A DNA stretch of 57,268 nt from Minisyncoccota bacterium (GCA_041659845.1 JBAZXM010000004.1:1-57268), one strand, 5' to 3'; shown: positions 37,162 through 45,340, counted from the stretch's first letter. Numbers and translations: made by a program. Notes: generated by a model from the sequence alone, not told the origin.

Positions 37162-39951
37162 TCACACGCTTTGTAGTATGGAATCATAAACAGGAATCTG
37201 TTTATGATATTTCTTCCAATACCCGTTGGCATCTTTATAATCCACACCCGGATTTTTTTTCAAAAACCCTGCAGTAAAATCATAAATCTCGCCCTTAAAG
37301 CCTCTTTCTCGAAGAGACTCGGTCAAAGTAATTGTATTCCTCTGCCCGGTCAATCCAACTTGGCGACCATCAGGACTTACCTTTTCTTTATCATAGTCAA
37401 AAGCGATTATGATATTCCCAGAAAACCCAGCAAGCAATTCGAAGAGAATTTTATTATTCACTCCGATGATTGCCGTCGCTGCTTTGATATCACTCTTTTG
37501 AAGGAAAGTATCAGCATCAATTGGCGCTTCTGTGACCAGAATATCAGTATTTCCCTCACTCATCGCTTTCGCCATATTAAAGGCGCCGTGCGGAATGTTG
37601 TGTATACCTTTCAAAAGTTTACGATGAAGCAAACCTTTAGGACACCGTGGGTCAACTGACCGCCCATAGAAACTGTCTATGATTCCTCCGAGTTCAAGCG
37701 GGTACGTTAATCGATTTTCAAGAATAGAATAAGGCAAACCCATCTCTTCGACAATCTTCCCATTAACTCTTTTGGGGATCGGCCGCATAAGATCACTTAG
37801 TGAATAGCCGTGTTGCTTTAACAAAGTGACAAGACCACTTCTTTCTGAGATCTTCGAGGAAATTCCTAGTAAACCATGATTGAGAAGCTCCTCATAACTA
37901 AACTTGCGCTCAAGCAATCCATGAATGAATCGCTCGTCTGCAAACCCTGCACCAATACTAAATGACATATCCGGATCAAGACCTCGTTCATTTCTAAGAT
38001 ACCGCTCCCCTTTACTTCCCTTGAATGCTTGCTGGAGAAGTTCTTGAGTATGGAGCATAATCTCTTGATGCCTAGTCGGAATAATCAACTTTTCTATTTC
38101 ATTACTCTGTACTCGCGCCGGTTTAATCAGAAGACGCACGTCATCTGGAATGGACGACTGCACAAACCTGCCAGCCACGCCGCAGCTAAAGCATTTAAAC
38201 ATACCCTTACTGAATGAAACTGATAGTGATGGAGAATCTTCATTATTATGCACAAAGCAACTTACAAATCCTCCACGCGCTCCATTAAATTCTCTTGATG
38301 CCTGTACTCTGCCATCTTTAATCGCTCCGAAAAGACGATCGAGATGCATTTCGCAAACCTCCTTACCATTATCCAAATCAACAATTTCAATAATCTTATG
38401 CTCATCCTTAAACTTCTCAGTTTGAAACTGGCTAATGATTGTAGCGAAGGTGCTCTTCGGAACTGATATGGTTTCAACTGAAGTAAGAATTTCTTCAAGC
38501 TTAGTTTGCAGACCATGATCGGATTTCTGAAGGGTGATAGGAGTGTCGGTATTCGTCATCAATTTAATGGCGTGATTCGCAAGTGCGTTGCCTGTATGCC
38601 TGATGAATGACCTCCTGCGAGCGCTTTTGAAGTTCGCAACGATTTGCTTTTCAAATGCGAGCTTGATTTCCTCCGGAGTTAAAACCACATCGTGAATAAT
38701 AAACTTCTCGGGTAATAGATACACAAGCTGGCCTTTAATGCTGAATGATTTCGTCTCCCAAATTTTCTCAATGTCTTCGATAGGAGCCTTTGACGCAAGA
38801 GCATGGGATAGCACCGCCATAGAAATGTATCTTCTGGCTTGAGCATCATGCTCTTTAAGCGGACGATCTCTTAATTCTTCAACATCCATGATATTCTGCT
38901 TGCCTTTGCGCCGCATCCCTTTCGGACCGTCGCCGACTGCAAACTTCCAATCACGAATCAGAAAACTAAGATGACCACCGAAGGTTCCTAACAGTTCATC
39001 CATAATGTGTCCGACTGAAGCAAATCTCTCTGTTGTCATTTTTCTAATGATGCGAGACTGTTCTTCTGTTGGAGCTTTTCCGTTAATGCCACTTAATTCA
39101 AGCACATCTAGCCTGCCTGCTCCGAGATCATATTCATACGGCAACATCGGCACCTCACGAAAGAAGTTTAAGTTTCCCGATAATTTATGAACAAGTTTAT
39201 AACAATCCAGAGCTGATGCCCAAGTCATGAGCGTTAAGAACGCCAAGCGTTCATCTTCAAGTACGCTGTGATTTATCACTTTCAGTAAGTGATCACCAAA
39301 AATCTTTTTCAGATTATTGCGAAATTTAAAAAATAACGGAGTATGTAATGGTAATATTTCTCCATGCATACCATCTTTTAACTCACACCATTGGTCAGTG
39401 ATCATCTCTATAAGCGCCTTCGCACGAGAACCTGTGTAACGCTTTTTATTCTCCGGAAATGTTTTTATTCCGGAAAATAAATCTTGCTCGTCATTTGCCT
39501 TAGGGAAAAGATTAAATTGCTTTGAGAAAGCATTTTTCTCTTTTTTCACCCGTCGAGGCGAATCAAGATTGATGAGATTGCCAAAGAAAAGTTCAGGTAT
39601 AGCCACATGCCCGATGACACCATAGTATCTGGTGCGATCATGGTGTGAAGACGCTGTTCCCTCTCCGGTAATAAGCTCATTAAGAGCGCGGAATAATTTG
39701 TTACTGTTGGATGTTCTTGAGATGTCTCCCCAGCTTACCTTGTGATCTTTTTCATAAATACTGAAACAAGTAGCAAGATATTCAAGCGCTTCGACTTTCG
39801 TATTCGCGCGAGCTGATTTTATGATTCCCTCTATGAGCAAATCCAGTTGATCCTGCTCAAATGCATGCCATACCCAAATCCTAAAATCCGGGGATGGTAT
39901 ACCTTTGATACCACTTGCGACTTCGTCCGCAGTAATAGGTGTGTACGACAT
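37162..39951 (-). CDS. fusion protein: unknown N-domain + RecB-like PD-(D/E)xK nuclease + DnaG-type primase core (CHC2 zinc finger, RNA-polymerase subdomain, TOPRIM)
   Basis: 929 aa. D282 (RLDVLEL), D334-x-K336 (IRDWKF) and Q371-x3-Y375 form the RecB-family motifs. C565-x2-H568-x18-C587-x2-C590. RYLRNERGLDPDMSFSIGAGFA and NRLTYPLELGGIIDSFYGR are DnaG-like. TOPRIM residues are E808 (ILVTEAP) and D852-x-D854 (AFDYDKE). No DnaB-binding C-terminus. Confidence 0.7.
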   Translation of the reverse strand: MSYTPITADEVASGIKGIPSPDFRIWVWHAFEQDQLDLLIEGIIKSARANTKVEALEYLATCFSIYEKDHKVSWGDISRTSNSNKLFRALNELITGEGTASSHHDRTRYYGVIGHVAIPELFFGNLINLDSPRRVKKEKNAFSKQFNLFPKANDEQDLFSGIKTFPENKKRYTGSRAKALIEMITDQWCELKDGMHGEILPLHTPLFFKFRNNLKKIFGDHLLKVINHSVLEDERLAFLTLMTWASALDCYKLVHKLSGNLNFFREVPMLPYEYDLGAGRLDVLELSGINGKAPTEEQSRIIRKMTTERFASVGHIMDELLGTFGGHLSFLIRDWKFAVGDGPKGMRRKGKQNIMDVEELRDRPLKEHDAQARRYISMAVLSHALASKAPIEDIEKIWETKSFSIKGQLVYLLPEKFIIHDVVLTPEEIKLAFEKQIVANFKSARRRSFIRHTGNALANHAIKLMTNTDTPITLQKSDHGLQTKLEEILTSVETISVPKSTFATIISQFQTEKFKDEHKIIEIVDLDNGKEVCEMHLDRLFGAIKDGRVQASREFNGARGGFVSCFVHNNEDSPSLSVSFSKGMFKCFSCGVAGRFVQSSIPDDVRLLIKPARVQSNEIEKLIIPTRHQEIMLHTQELLQQAFKGSKGERYLRNERGLDPDMSFSIGAGFADERFIHGLLERKFSYEELLNHGLLGISSKISERSGLVTLLKQHGYSLSDLMRPIPKRVNGKIVEEMGLPYSILENRLTYPLELGGIIDSFYGRSVDPRCPKGLLHRKLLKGIHNIPHGAFNMAKAMSEGNTDILVTEAPIDADTFLQKSDIKAATAIIGVNNKILFELLAGFSGNIIIAFDYDKEKVSPDGRQVGLTGQRNTITLTESLRERGFKGEIYDFTAGFLKKNPGVDYKDANGYWKKYHKQIPVYDSILQSV

Positions 39952-39953
39952 AA

Positions 39954-40035
39954 TGCCTCCTTTTTTTAGAATTGGTTTAATTTTTTAAATATCAGATTTG
40001 AACAAATACTACAGTAATTTAGGGGGATGTCAAAT
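39954..40035 (-). promoter_or_regulatory. promoter/5'UTR cassette copy A (TTGACA-N16-TAGTAT, ~50-nt leader, AAAGGAGG RBS)
   Basis: -35 at 40028-40033 and -10 at 40006-40011, read on the minus strand. About 94% identical to 40656-40736. Confidence 0.7.
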
Positions 40036-40054
40036 TATCGAAACACTGTGAACA

Positions 40055-40090
40055 AAAATAAAAACGCTCACAGTTTCGTGAGCGTTTTTT
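40055..40090 (-). terminator. intrinsic terminator after the 186-aa gene
   Basis: acgctcac-agtttc-gtgagcgt, flanked by A and T tracts. Confidence 0.75.
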
Positions 40091-40091
40091 A

Positions 40092-40652
40092 CTATAACTT
40101 CATATGATTTCTTTTTATGGGCGTTTCGTCGAGATGTTTGAGAAAGTGTGGAAGAAGTTCTAAAACTTTACCAGTTTCAGTATCTAAATCTATTTCAAAA
40201 TACTTTACAAAGTCTTCATGATTATCTTTGTGAGATTTTTTAGAATCCATTGAAATTAGATTGAGATCCCATATAGTGGAAAGAATTATTGCTTCGCAAA
40301 CTTCGTGCTTAAAGCCGGCAAGAGTAATACTTGCATTTGCTGAAATTTTCACAGAAGCGACACTTTTTACCCTCTCTGTAGTTTTTTCGTAGAGAAACTT
40401 TTTCAATAATTTTCGTTTCCCATAATTTCTCAATAAATTTTCTGCATCTTCTGCATAGCCTGCATACAACTCAAGATAAGCCATTCTGTCTGAGTACTGA
40501 GAACCGATGGTTATTTTAGCGAGGCTATGGCCATATTGGTCACTGATAGATAAGTGCGCAACTGGATCCTTTGGAACAAAAGATAGTTTTCTTAAATACT
40601 CAATTTTTGAGATTATTGAACTTACTGTTGCAATTATTTCTTTTATATTCAT
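40092..40652 (-). CDS. hypothetical protein (orphan, 186 aa)
   Basis: ORF with a strong RBS, its own promoter copy and its own terminator. No recognisable motif. Confidence 0.6.
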   Translation of the reverse strand: MNIKEIIATVSSIISKIEYLRKLSFVPKDPVAHLSISDQYGHSLAKITIGSQYSDRMAYLELYAGYAEDAENLLRNYGKRKLLKKFLYEKTTERVKSVASVKISANASITLAGFKHEVCEAIILSTIWDLNLISMDSKKSHKDNHEDFVKYFEIDLDTETGKVLELLPHFLKHLDETPIKRNHMKL

Positions 40653-40655
40653 CTT

Positions 40656-40736
40656 TGCCTCCTTTTTTAGAATTGGTTTAATTTTTTAAATATCAGATTT
40701 GAACAAATAATATAGTAATTTTGGGGAATGTCAAAT
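40656..40736 (-). promoter_or_regulatory. promoter/5'UTR cassette copy B (TTGACA-N16-TATTAT, leader, AAAGGAGG RBS)
   Basis: -35 at 40729-40734 and -10 at 40707-40712, read on the minus strand. Near-identical to copy A. Confidence 0.7.
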
Positions 40737-40773
40737 AAAAAACACCATTCGAAAATGGTATTTTTTATTTTTG

Positions 40774-41162
40774 TGGAGATGTCGAGAATCGAACTCGAAT
40801 GCAAAAGATATTTTAAAGAGGGTCTACATACTTAGATTATTTTTTGTTTTAGGTGGTTCGCGTGAGAAATAAACAAAACCGCGAAACACCGATTCTCTGC
40901 AATCTCAAAATCAAAGCGAGAAAGACTTTGACTTCCAGTCCGAAAATATAATACCTCATTCCTTTTTTCGGACAGAAAAAGAAGAGATACCAGATTGGCT
41001 TAAATTAAGCGAATGCTGGAGCAAAATCAAACTTACCGAAGTAAGGAGATTTTACCTTTGCGACTTTGTTTGCATTTAGTCTTTTGTACATTTTTTACAA
41101 GATCTGTACGAACTTGATATGCGCTCTTTAAAGGGTATAAATTGTCTAGGCCGATCATCCCC
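40774..41162 (-). ncRNA. ssrA: tmRNA (SsrA)
   Basis: 5' GGGGATGATCGG pairs with 3' CATCTCCA, including the G3:U pair. T arm tcgag-ttcgatt-ctcga. Internal tag ORF GCA AAC AAA ... TTC GCT TAA. Adjacent to smpB. Followed by a terminator at 40737-40768. Confidence 0.88.
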
Positions 41163-41163
41163 A

Positions 41164-41607
41164 TTAATTTTTCAAGGTTCTTTGCAATTCACGCTCGGTA
41201 TCGCGCTTCTTTATCGTCTCGCGCTTATCAAACTGCTTCTTCCCGCGTGCGACTGCAATGCTTACTTTAACCTTACGCCCTTTATTATACATTGCAAGTG
41301 GCACAATTGTCAACCCTTTCTTTGAATCAATATCTGCGAGTAGAATTATCTCCTTTTTCATCAAAAGAAGCTTGCGTGTACGATCCGGGTCATACTCTTT
41401 AGGCGTATTAGCAGGCTGATACGGCGGTATATGCATACCTACTATATATGCCTCCCCTCCGCGCACTATTATATGAGCGCCTTCAAGCGAGCCCTGGCCG
41501 CCTTTAATAGCCTTGACTTCAAAGCCAAGCAACTCAATCCCGGCTTCGTATTTTTCCAGGAACTCGTAGTTGAAGTGCGCTTTTTTATTAGTGATAAAAT
41601 TAGACAT
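41164..41607 (-). CDS. smpB: SsrA-binding protein SmpB
   Basis: 147 aa. NKKAHFNYEFLEKYEAGIELLGFEVKAIK and KLLLMKKEI motifs. Confidence 0.92.
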   Translation of the reverse strand: MSNFITNKKAHFNYEFLEKYEAGIELLGFEVKAIKGGQGSLEGAHIIVRGGEAYIVGMHIPPYQPANTPKEYDPDRTRKLLLMKKEIILLADIDSKKGLTIVPLAMYNKGRKVKVSIAVARGKKQFDKRETIKKRDTERELQRTLKN

Positions 41608-41704
41608 ATTAGAAGTATATACGACTCAAGGATACATAACTATAGTATTTATCTCAAAAACGTGCCACACTTACGGAAACAAGAACATCTTTAAAAACAA
41701 AGAA

Positions 41705-42310
41705 ATGAAACGTGTAGCGAAAGTATGCCTATTGCTTATGATTTTTGCATTTCAAAATGTATATGCTCAATCACTGCAAGGATCTCCGGAATCAATGCAA
41801 AAGCAAAACCAAGAAGCTGATAAGGAAAATTTGAGTAGGATTAAAAACGACGCCGAACTTGCAAGAATGAAAAATAAAAAACTTCTTGTTCATTTACCCG
41901 TAAATAAAACAATTCGAATAGACCCACGACTAGAGGAAAAATATCGCTGGTGCCGCCCGTGGACAAGTGAGTTCTTAATTCATCTTGGTTCTGATTTTTA
42001 TGCCCACATGGGAAATCAAATCCAAATCAATTCAGCAGTTCGAACCATTTCTTACCAGCGAGTATTGCAGAGGAAAAATCCAAATGCTGCCCCAACGGGT
42101 GGAATTGAGGCTTCATCTCACCTAACCGGCAGCACAATAGATATAGCCAAAAAGCACATGACCAGAGGAGAAATTCGCTGGATGCGAAAATATCTTCTTT
42201 CACTTGAGGAAAGAAATCTAATCGAAGCCACTGAGGAATTCAATCAAACGGTCTTCCATATCATGGTCTTCAAATGCTATAGCAACAGTAAAGCCTCACT
42301 TAAAAAGTGA
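41705..42310 (+). CDS. secreted LAS/M15-like metallopeptidase (DUF5715-like)
   Basis: Signal peptide MKRVAKVCLLLMIFAFQNVYAQ (ATG 41705). SSHLTGSTIDI matches the SxHxxGxAxD zinc-ligand motif of VanY/M15-type enzymes. Confidence 0.6.
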   Translation: MKRVAKVCLLLMIFAFQNVYAQSLQGSPESMQKQNQEADKENLSRIKNDAELARMKNKKLLVHLPVNKTIRIDPRLEEKYRWCRPWTSEFLIHLGSDFYAHMGNQIQINSAVRTISYQRVLQRKNPNAAPTGGIEASSHLTGSTIDIAKKHMTRGEIRWMRKYLLSLEERNLIEATEEFNQTVFHIMVFKCYSNSKASLKK

Positions 42311-42460
42311 GGTTTTTCTTTACTCTGTTGGCAAGCGACGTAATGGTCCCTATTTTATATTTGTAATAAAAAGAAAATTTTTTCCTGTCTGGAATAAGCT
42401 TTAAAATATAAAGGTTATATAGGATTTAGACTGACAAAGTTTGAAAATTAGAGAAAAGCG

Positions 42461-42489
42461 TTGACAGTATTTCAAATATGGGTTAGTAT
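42461..42489 (+). promoter_or_regulatory. sigma70-type promoter TTGACA-N17-TAGTAT
   Basis: Consensus -35 and a near-consensus -10, about 235 nt upstream of ATG 42723. Confidence 0.6.
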
Positions 42490-42722
42490 CTCTCCTGCAC
42501 TGTTCTTTATAAAACGTCATAAACTTTTTTCGCTTGCACGTGACGTTGTTCGTTTGTGGGAAGCACACAGGATATTTGCAAAAGTATTTTGTGTGCTTTT
42601 CATTTGGTGAATAACGCGCGCAGATAGCCAATGAGAACCGTCCGAGCTTTACGTGAAAGCCGATCAAATTTCATTACCGAATCCGTTCAAACAAAAGCGG
42701 GTTTAAAAAACAAAAAAAGTTT

Positions 42723-43490
42723 ATGAAAAAAATCACAAGCATCACAGCAAAAGTTGTAAGTCTAAGAATCTTCTTAGCAATTTTCATCGCCAGATTAGTG
42801 GCATCAATCAGTGAAACTAAATTCCCGGGAATAACTACGGCTACACCCGTATTAGCAGAAGGAAATACTGCTCCTGATGGAACATTGATGATCGACGACA
42901 CGAACCCTAAAAGTCCGTTAGCAGGTATGAATGAAAATAATGCCGACAGTGAAATGATAAAAACCCTGGGACTTGATAATTTTACACCACTACAATTGGT
43001 GAAAAAATCCTCAGATGAAAGCAACCAGAACCAGTACAGCTTGAATAAAGCATATGAAAATCTGGCTCGCAAATACAAAGGGTTTGTTGCATTATTTATT
43101 CCAGTACTTGCAATGATCACCCAGTATTTCAACGCTGCAGTGACATTCTTAACGAATGTTGTTGCAACTTTCATCGAGAAAGGATGGAATGTTGTGGCAT
43201 TGGTATTGCCTGTGAACGTTAACCTGGAGTTAATCTGGGATGCTGCTCAAAATAACGGGCACAACTTAATGATCGCGAAAATAACCAGTGATGATGAAGT
43301 CATCATCCAATGTGATGCTCAAAGATTCGAATTAGCAAAAACCGGCTTATACGAAGCATTGAAAAATATCGGTAAGGTGCACCTAGACGAGAAGAATTTT
43401 TCTTTCACTCTGGAAACACAACAATCGATTGAAGAAGTTACTGCCTGTGTAAAACAATATGTAACTGAATCTGCTTCAGTAACTGCCTAA
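42723..43490 (+). CDS. hypothetical membrane/secreted protein (orphan, 255 aa)
   Basis: N-terminal signal/anchor and a central hydrophobic segment (FVALFIPVLAMITQYFNAAVTFLTNVVATFI). Terminator at 43523-43549. Confidence 0.55.
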   Translation: MKKITSITAKVVSLRIFLAIFIARLVASISETKFPGITTATPVLAEGNTAPDGTLMIDDTNPKSPLAGMNENNADSEMIKTLGLDNFTPLQLVKKSSDESNQNQYSLNKAYENLARKYKGFVALFIPVLAMITQYFNAAVTFLTNVVATFIEKGWNVVALVLPVNVNLELIWDAAQNNGHNLMIAKITSDDEVIIQCDAQRFELAKTGLYEALKNIGKVHLDEKNFSFTLETQQSIEEVTACVKQYVTESASVTA

Positions 43491-43644
43491 GTTTTAAATT
43501 ACGCATACAATATGCGCGCAAACCCCCCTTATTTATAAGGGGGGTTTTTACTTGACTTTTTTATAATATTGTGATAATATATATGAAGTAGATCACACGA
43601 GTTGATCTTATCTTTAACAAACAAATACTAAAAAAGGAGGCAAA

Positions 43645-44520
43645 TTGAAAAATCAATCACTACCAGCTGTATCTTTTGAATTAGGAAAACTAATAAAAGT
43701 AAAAGACAGCGAGGAAAAAATCGTGCCTGCGATAAATAATCCAGGCAATCCACAGGTTTATTCGTATAACTACGAAATTATTTTTACACCTGTCGGAAAA
43801 TTGGGATTAGGAAAATATGAACTTAAAGTTGCCGTTAGTTCGAAAGAAAAGGACAAAATCTTCTGCATTGCAGTTGATGGGAACAAACATGTGAGTTTAA
43901 GAAAAATGCTCCCTACAGATGAAGAGGGTGTAGAATATTGCAAAACTAAAATCATGGTGAAGGAAGGAAATGACAAAACACATCACACTGAGCCGGTTGA
44001 AAACAATATTCGCTTCCTCAGAATACTAGGGAAGGGTGCGATGGAGTTATGGGAAGTAGCACTCATTTCACAAGGCGGTTCATTTTTTATCACCGCTCAA
44101 TGTGTGTACAATTTCAGATGCTATCGTAACAACAATGATGGTGTACTTTGTCCACAATTTGAAAGGTGGCCTGAAATGATTGTCCTTGTAGAATCCCTAA
44201 TACTCCTCTATGGTGATGTGAAAGAATTACCATCCATTAATGGATACATGCCAAAGAAAAATAAGGTGGATGGTTTTAATGGGCAGCTTGATGAAAAAAC
44301 TGCAATTACAGATTGGTTTAATCTTGTAAATGGTTACGGAGCAGCTCGTAGCCGTTTCGGGGCCAGAAGAGTTCATTGGTCAGAATTGCCTAAAAGGAAA
44401 GGTTTGGCATTTTTATTAAAAAATGAAAAATTTATCTACAAAAAGGCGATTCTTCCTAAAAACACAAAAGCCAATAAGACTGCTTTCAAAAGAGAGTTGG
44501 TGGGTTGTTCTTTAATTTAA
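43645..44520 (+). CDS. hypothetical protein with degenerate cold-shock-like C-terminal segment (orphan, 291 aa)
   Basis: TTG start 6 nt after AAAAGGAGG. Own promoter TTGACT-N17-TAATAT (43552-43580) and terminator (44550-44578). C-terminal DWFNLVNGYGAA...RVHWSEL. Confidence 0.6.
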   Translation: MKNQSLPAVSFELGKLIKVKDSEEKIVPAINNPGNPQVYSYNYEIIFTPVGKLGLGKYELKVAVSSKEKDKIFCIAVDGNKHVSLRKMLPTDEEGVEYCKTKIMVKEGNDKTHHTEPVENNIRFLRILGKGAMELWEVALISQGGSFFITAQCVYNFRCYRNNNDGVLCPQFERWPEMIVLVESLILLYGDVKELPSINGYMPKKNKVDGFNGQLDEKTAITDWFNLVNGYGAARSRFGARRVHWSELPKRKGLAFLLKNEKFIYKKAILPKNTKANKTAFKRELVGCSLI

Positions 44521-44637
44521 AACTGGCTTAGGTAATAACCTAAGGACAAGGGGTACGTTAAACACGTACCCCTTTTTTATTTGACTTTAAAGCCTAAATA
44601 GGCTATTATCCCCTATAAGGTTTAATCGCTATTTATT

Positions 44638-45150
44638 TTGAGAGAACGAATCAATAATCAAATACGAGCATCAGAACTTCGTGTTATCGACAGTGAGGGT
44701 GTTAACCTTGGCATTTTAAGTACCAAAGAAGCTCTTGAAAAGGCATATGCGGAAGGGCTCGATCTCATTGAGATCTCCCCCAATGCCGTACCTCCTATCG
44801 CTAAAATCACAGATTACGGAAAGTACCAGTACGAGCAGAATAAAAAGCAAAAGAAAGCAAAAGCCAACGCAAAGCCGACTGAAACTAAGTCAATCCAGGT
44901 GAAAGTTGGCACAGGCGAGCATGACCTTGATTTAAAAGCGAAAACCGCTTCCAAGTGGCTCAAAGAAGGCCATAGAATCAAAGTTGAACTTTTCCTTTCA
45001 GGCAGATCAAAATACATGAACGATGCATTTCATAAAGAGCGCCTCGAAAGAGTGCTCCACTTGATCACAGAGAATTATAAAGTCGCCGAGCCGTACAAGA
45101 AAAGTCCCAAAGGCGTAATGATTATGATTGAAAGAGATACTAAAAAATAA
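44638..45150 (+). CDS. infC: translation initiation factor IF-3
   Basis: 170 aa. INNQIRASELRVIDSEG... Non-ATG start (TTG 44638, or in-frame ATT 44635), as is typical for infC. Promoter TTGACT-N17-TATTAT at 44581-44609. Confidence 0.9.
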   Translation: MRERINNQIRASELRVIDSEGVNLGILSTKEALEKAYAEGLDLIEISPNAVPPIAKITDYGKYQYEQNKKQKKAKANAKPTETKSIQVKVGTGEHDLDLKAKTASKWLKEGHRIKVELFLSGRSKYMNDAFHKERLERVLHLITENYKVAEPYKKSPKGVMIMIERDTKK

Positions 45151-45154
45151 TTTT

Positions 45155-45340
45155 ATGAAAACCAATAAATCATACACAAAACGATTAAAGATGACAAAAA
45201 GCGGAAAGCTTCTTGCGCGCAAGCCGGGCTTCAACCACTTCAACGCTAAGCAATCACGCGTGACTCAGCTCGGCGGGAGAAAGATGAAAACAATCACAAT
45301 CCCGACAAAAGCTAAGACTCATCTCTTACCATTTATTTAA
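45155..45340 (+). CDS. rpmI: 50S ribosomal protein L35
   Basis: MKTNKSYTKRLKMTKSGKLLARKPGFNH. I moved the start to ATG 45155. Confidence 0.85.
   Translation: MKTNKSYTKRLKMTKSGKLLARKPGFNHFNAKQSRVTQLGGRKMKTITIPTKAKTHLLPFI

Noticed and set aside
37089-40773. Classical ssrA-integrated prophage or genomic island.
   Set aside because: I found no integrase, excisionase or structural genes, and no direct repeat of the ssrA 3' end at the ftsH-proximal boundary. It is kept only as a 'remnant or domesticated module' hypothesis.
41119-41325. 68-aa plus-strand ORF spanning the ssrA 5' end and the smpB 3' end.
   Set aside because: It lies antisense to two well-supported genes (tmRNA and SmpB).
42401-42667. 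88-aa Cys- and Lys-rich ORF on the minus strand, in the 410-bp spacer before the 255-aa orphan gene.
   Set aside because: It has no RBS or promoter, its composition is odd, and it lies opposite a plus-strand promoter/hairpin arrangement that explains the region better.
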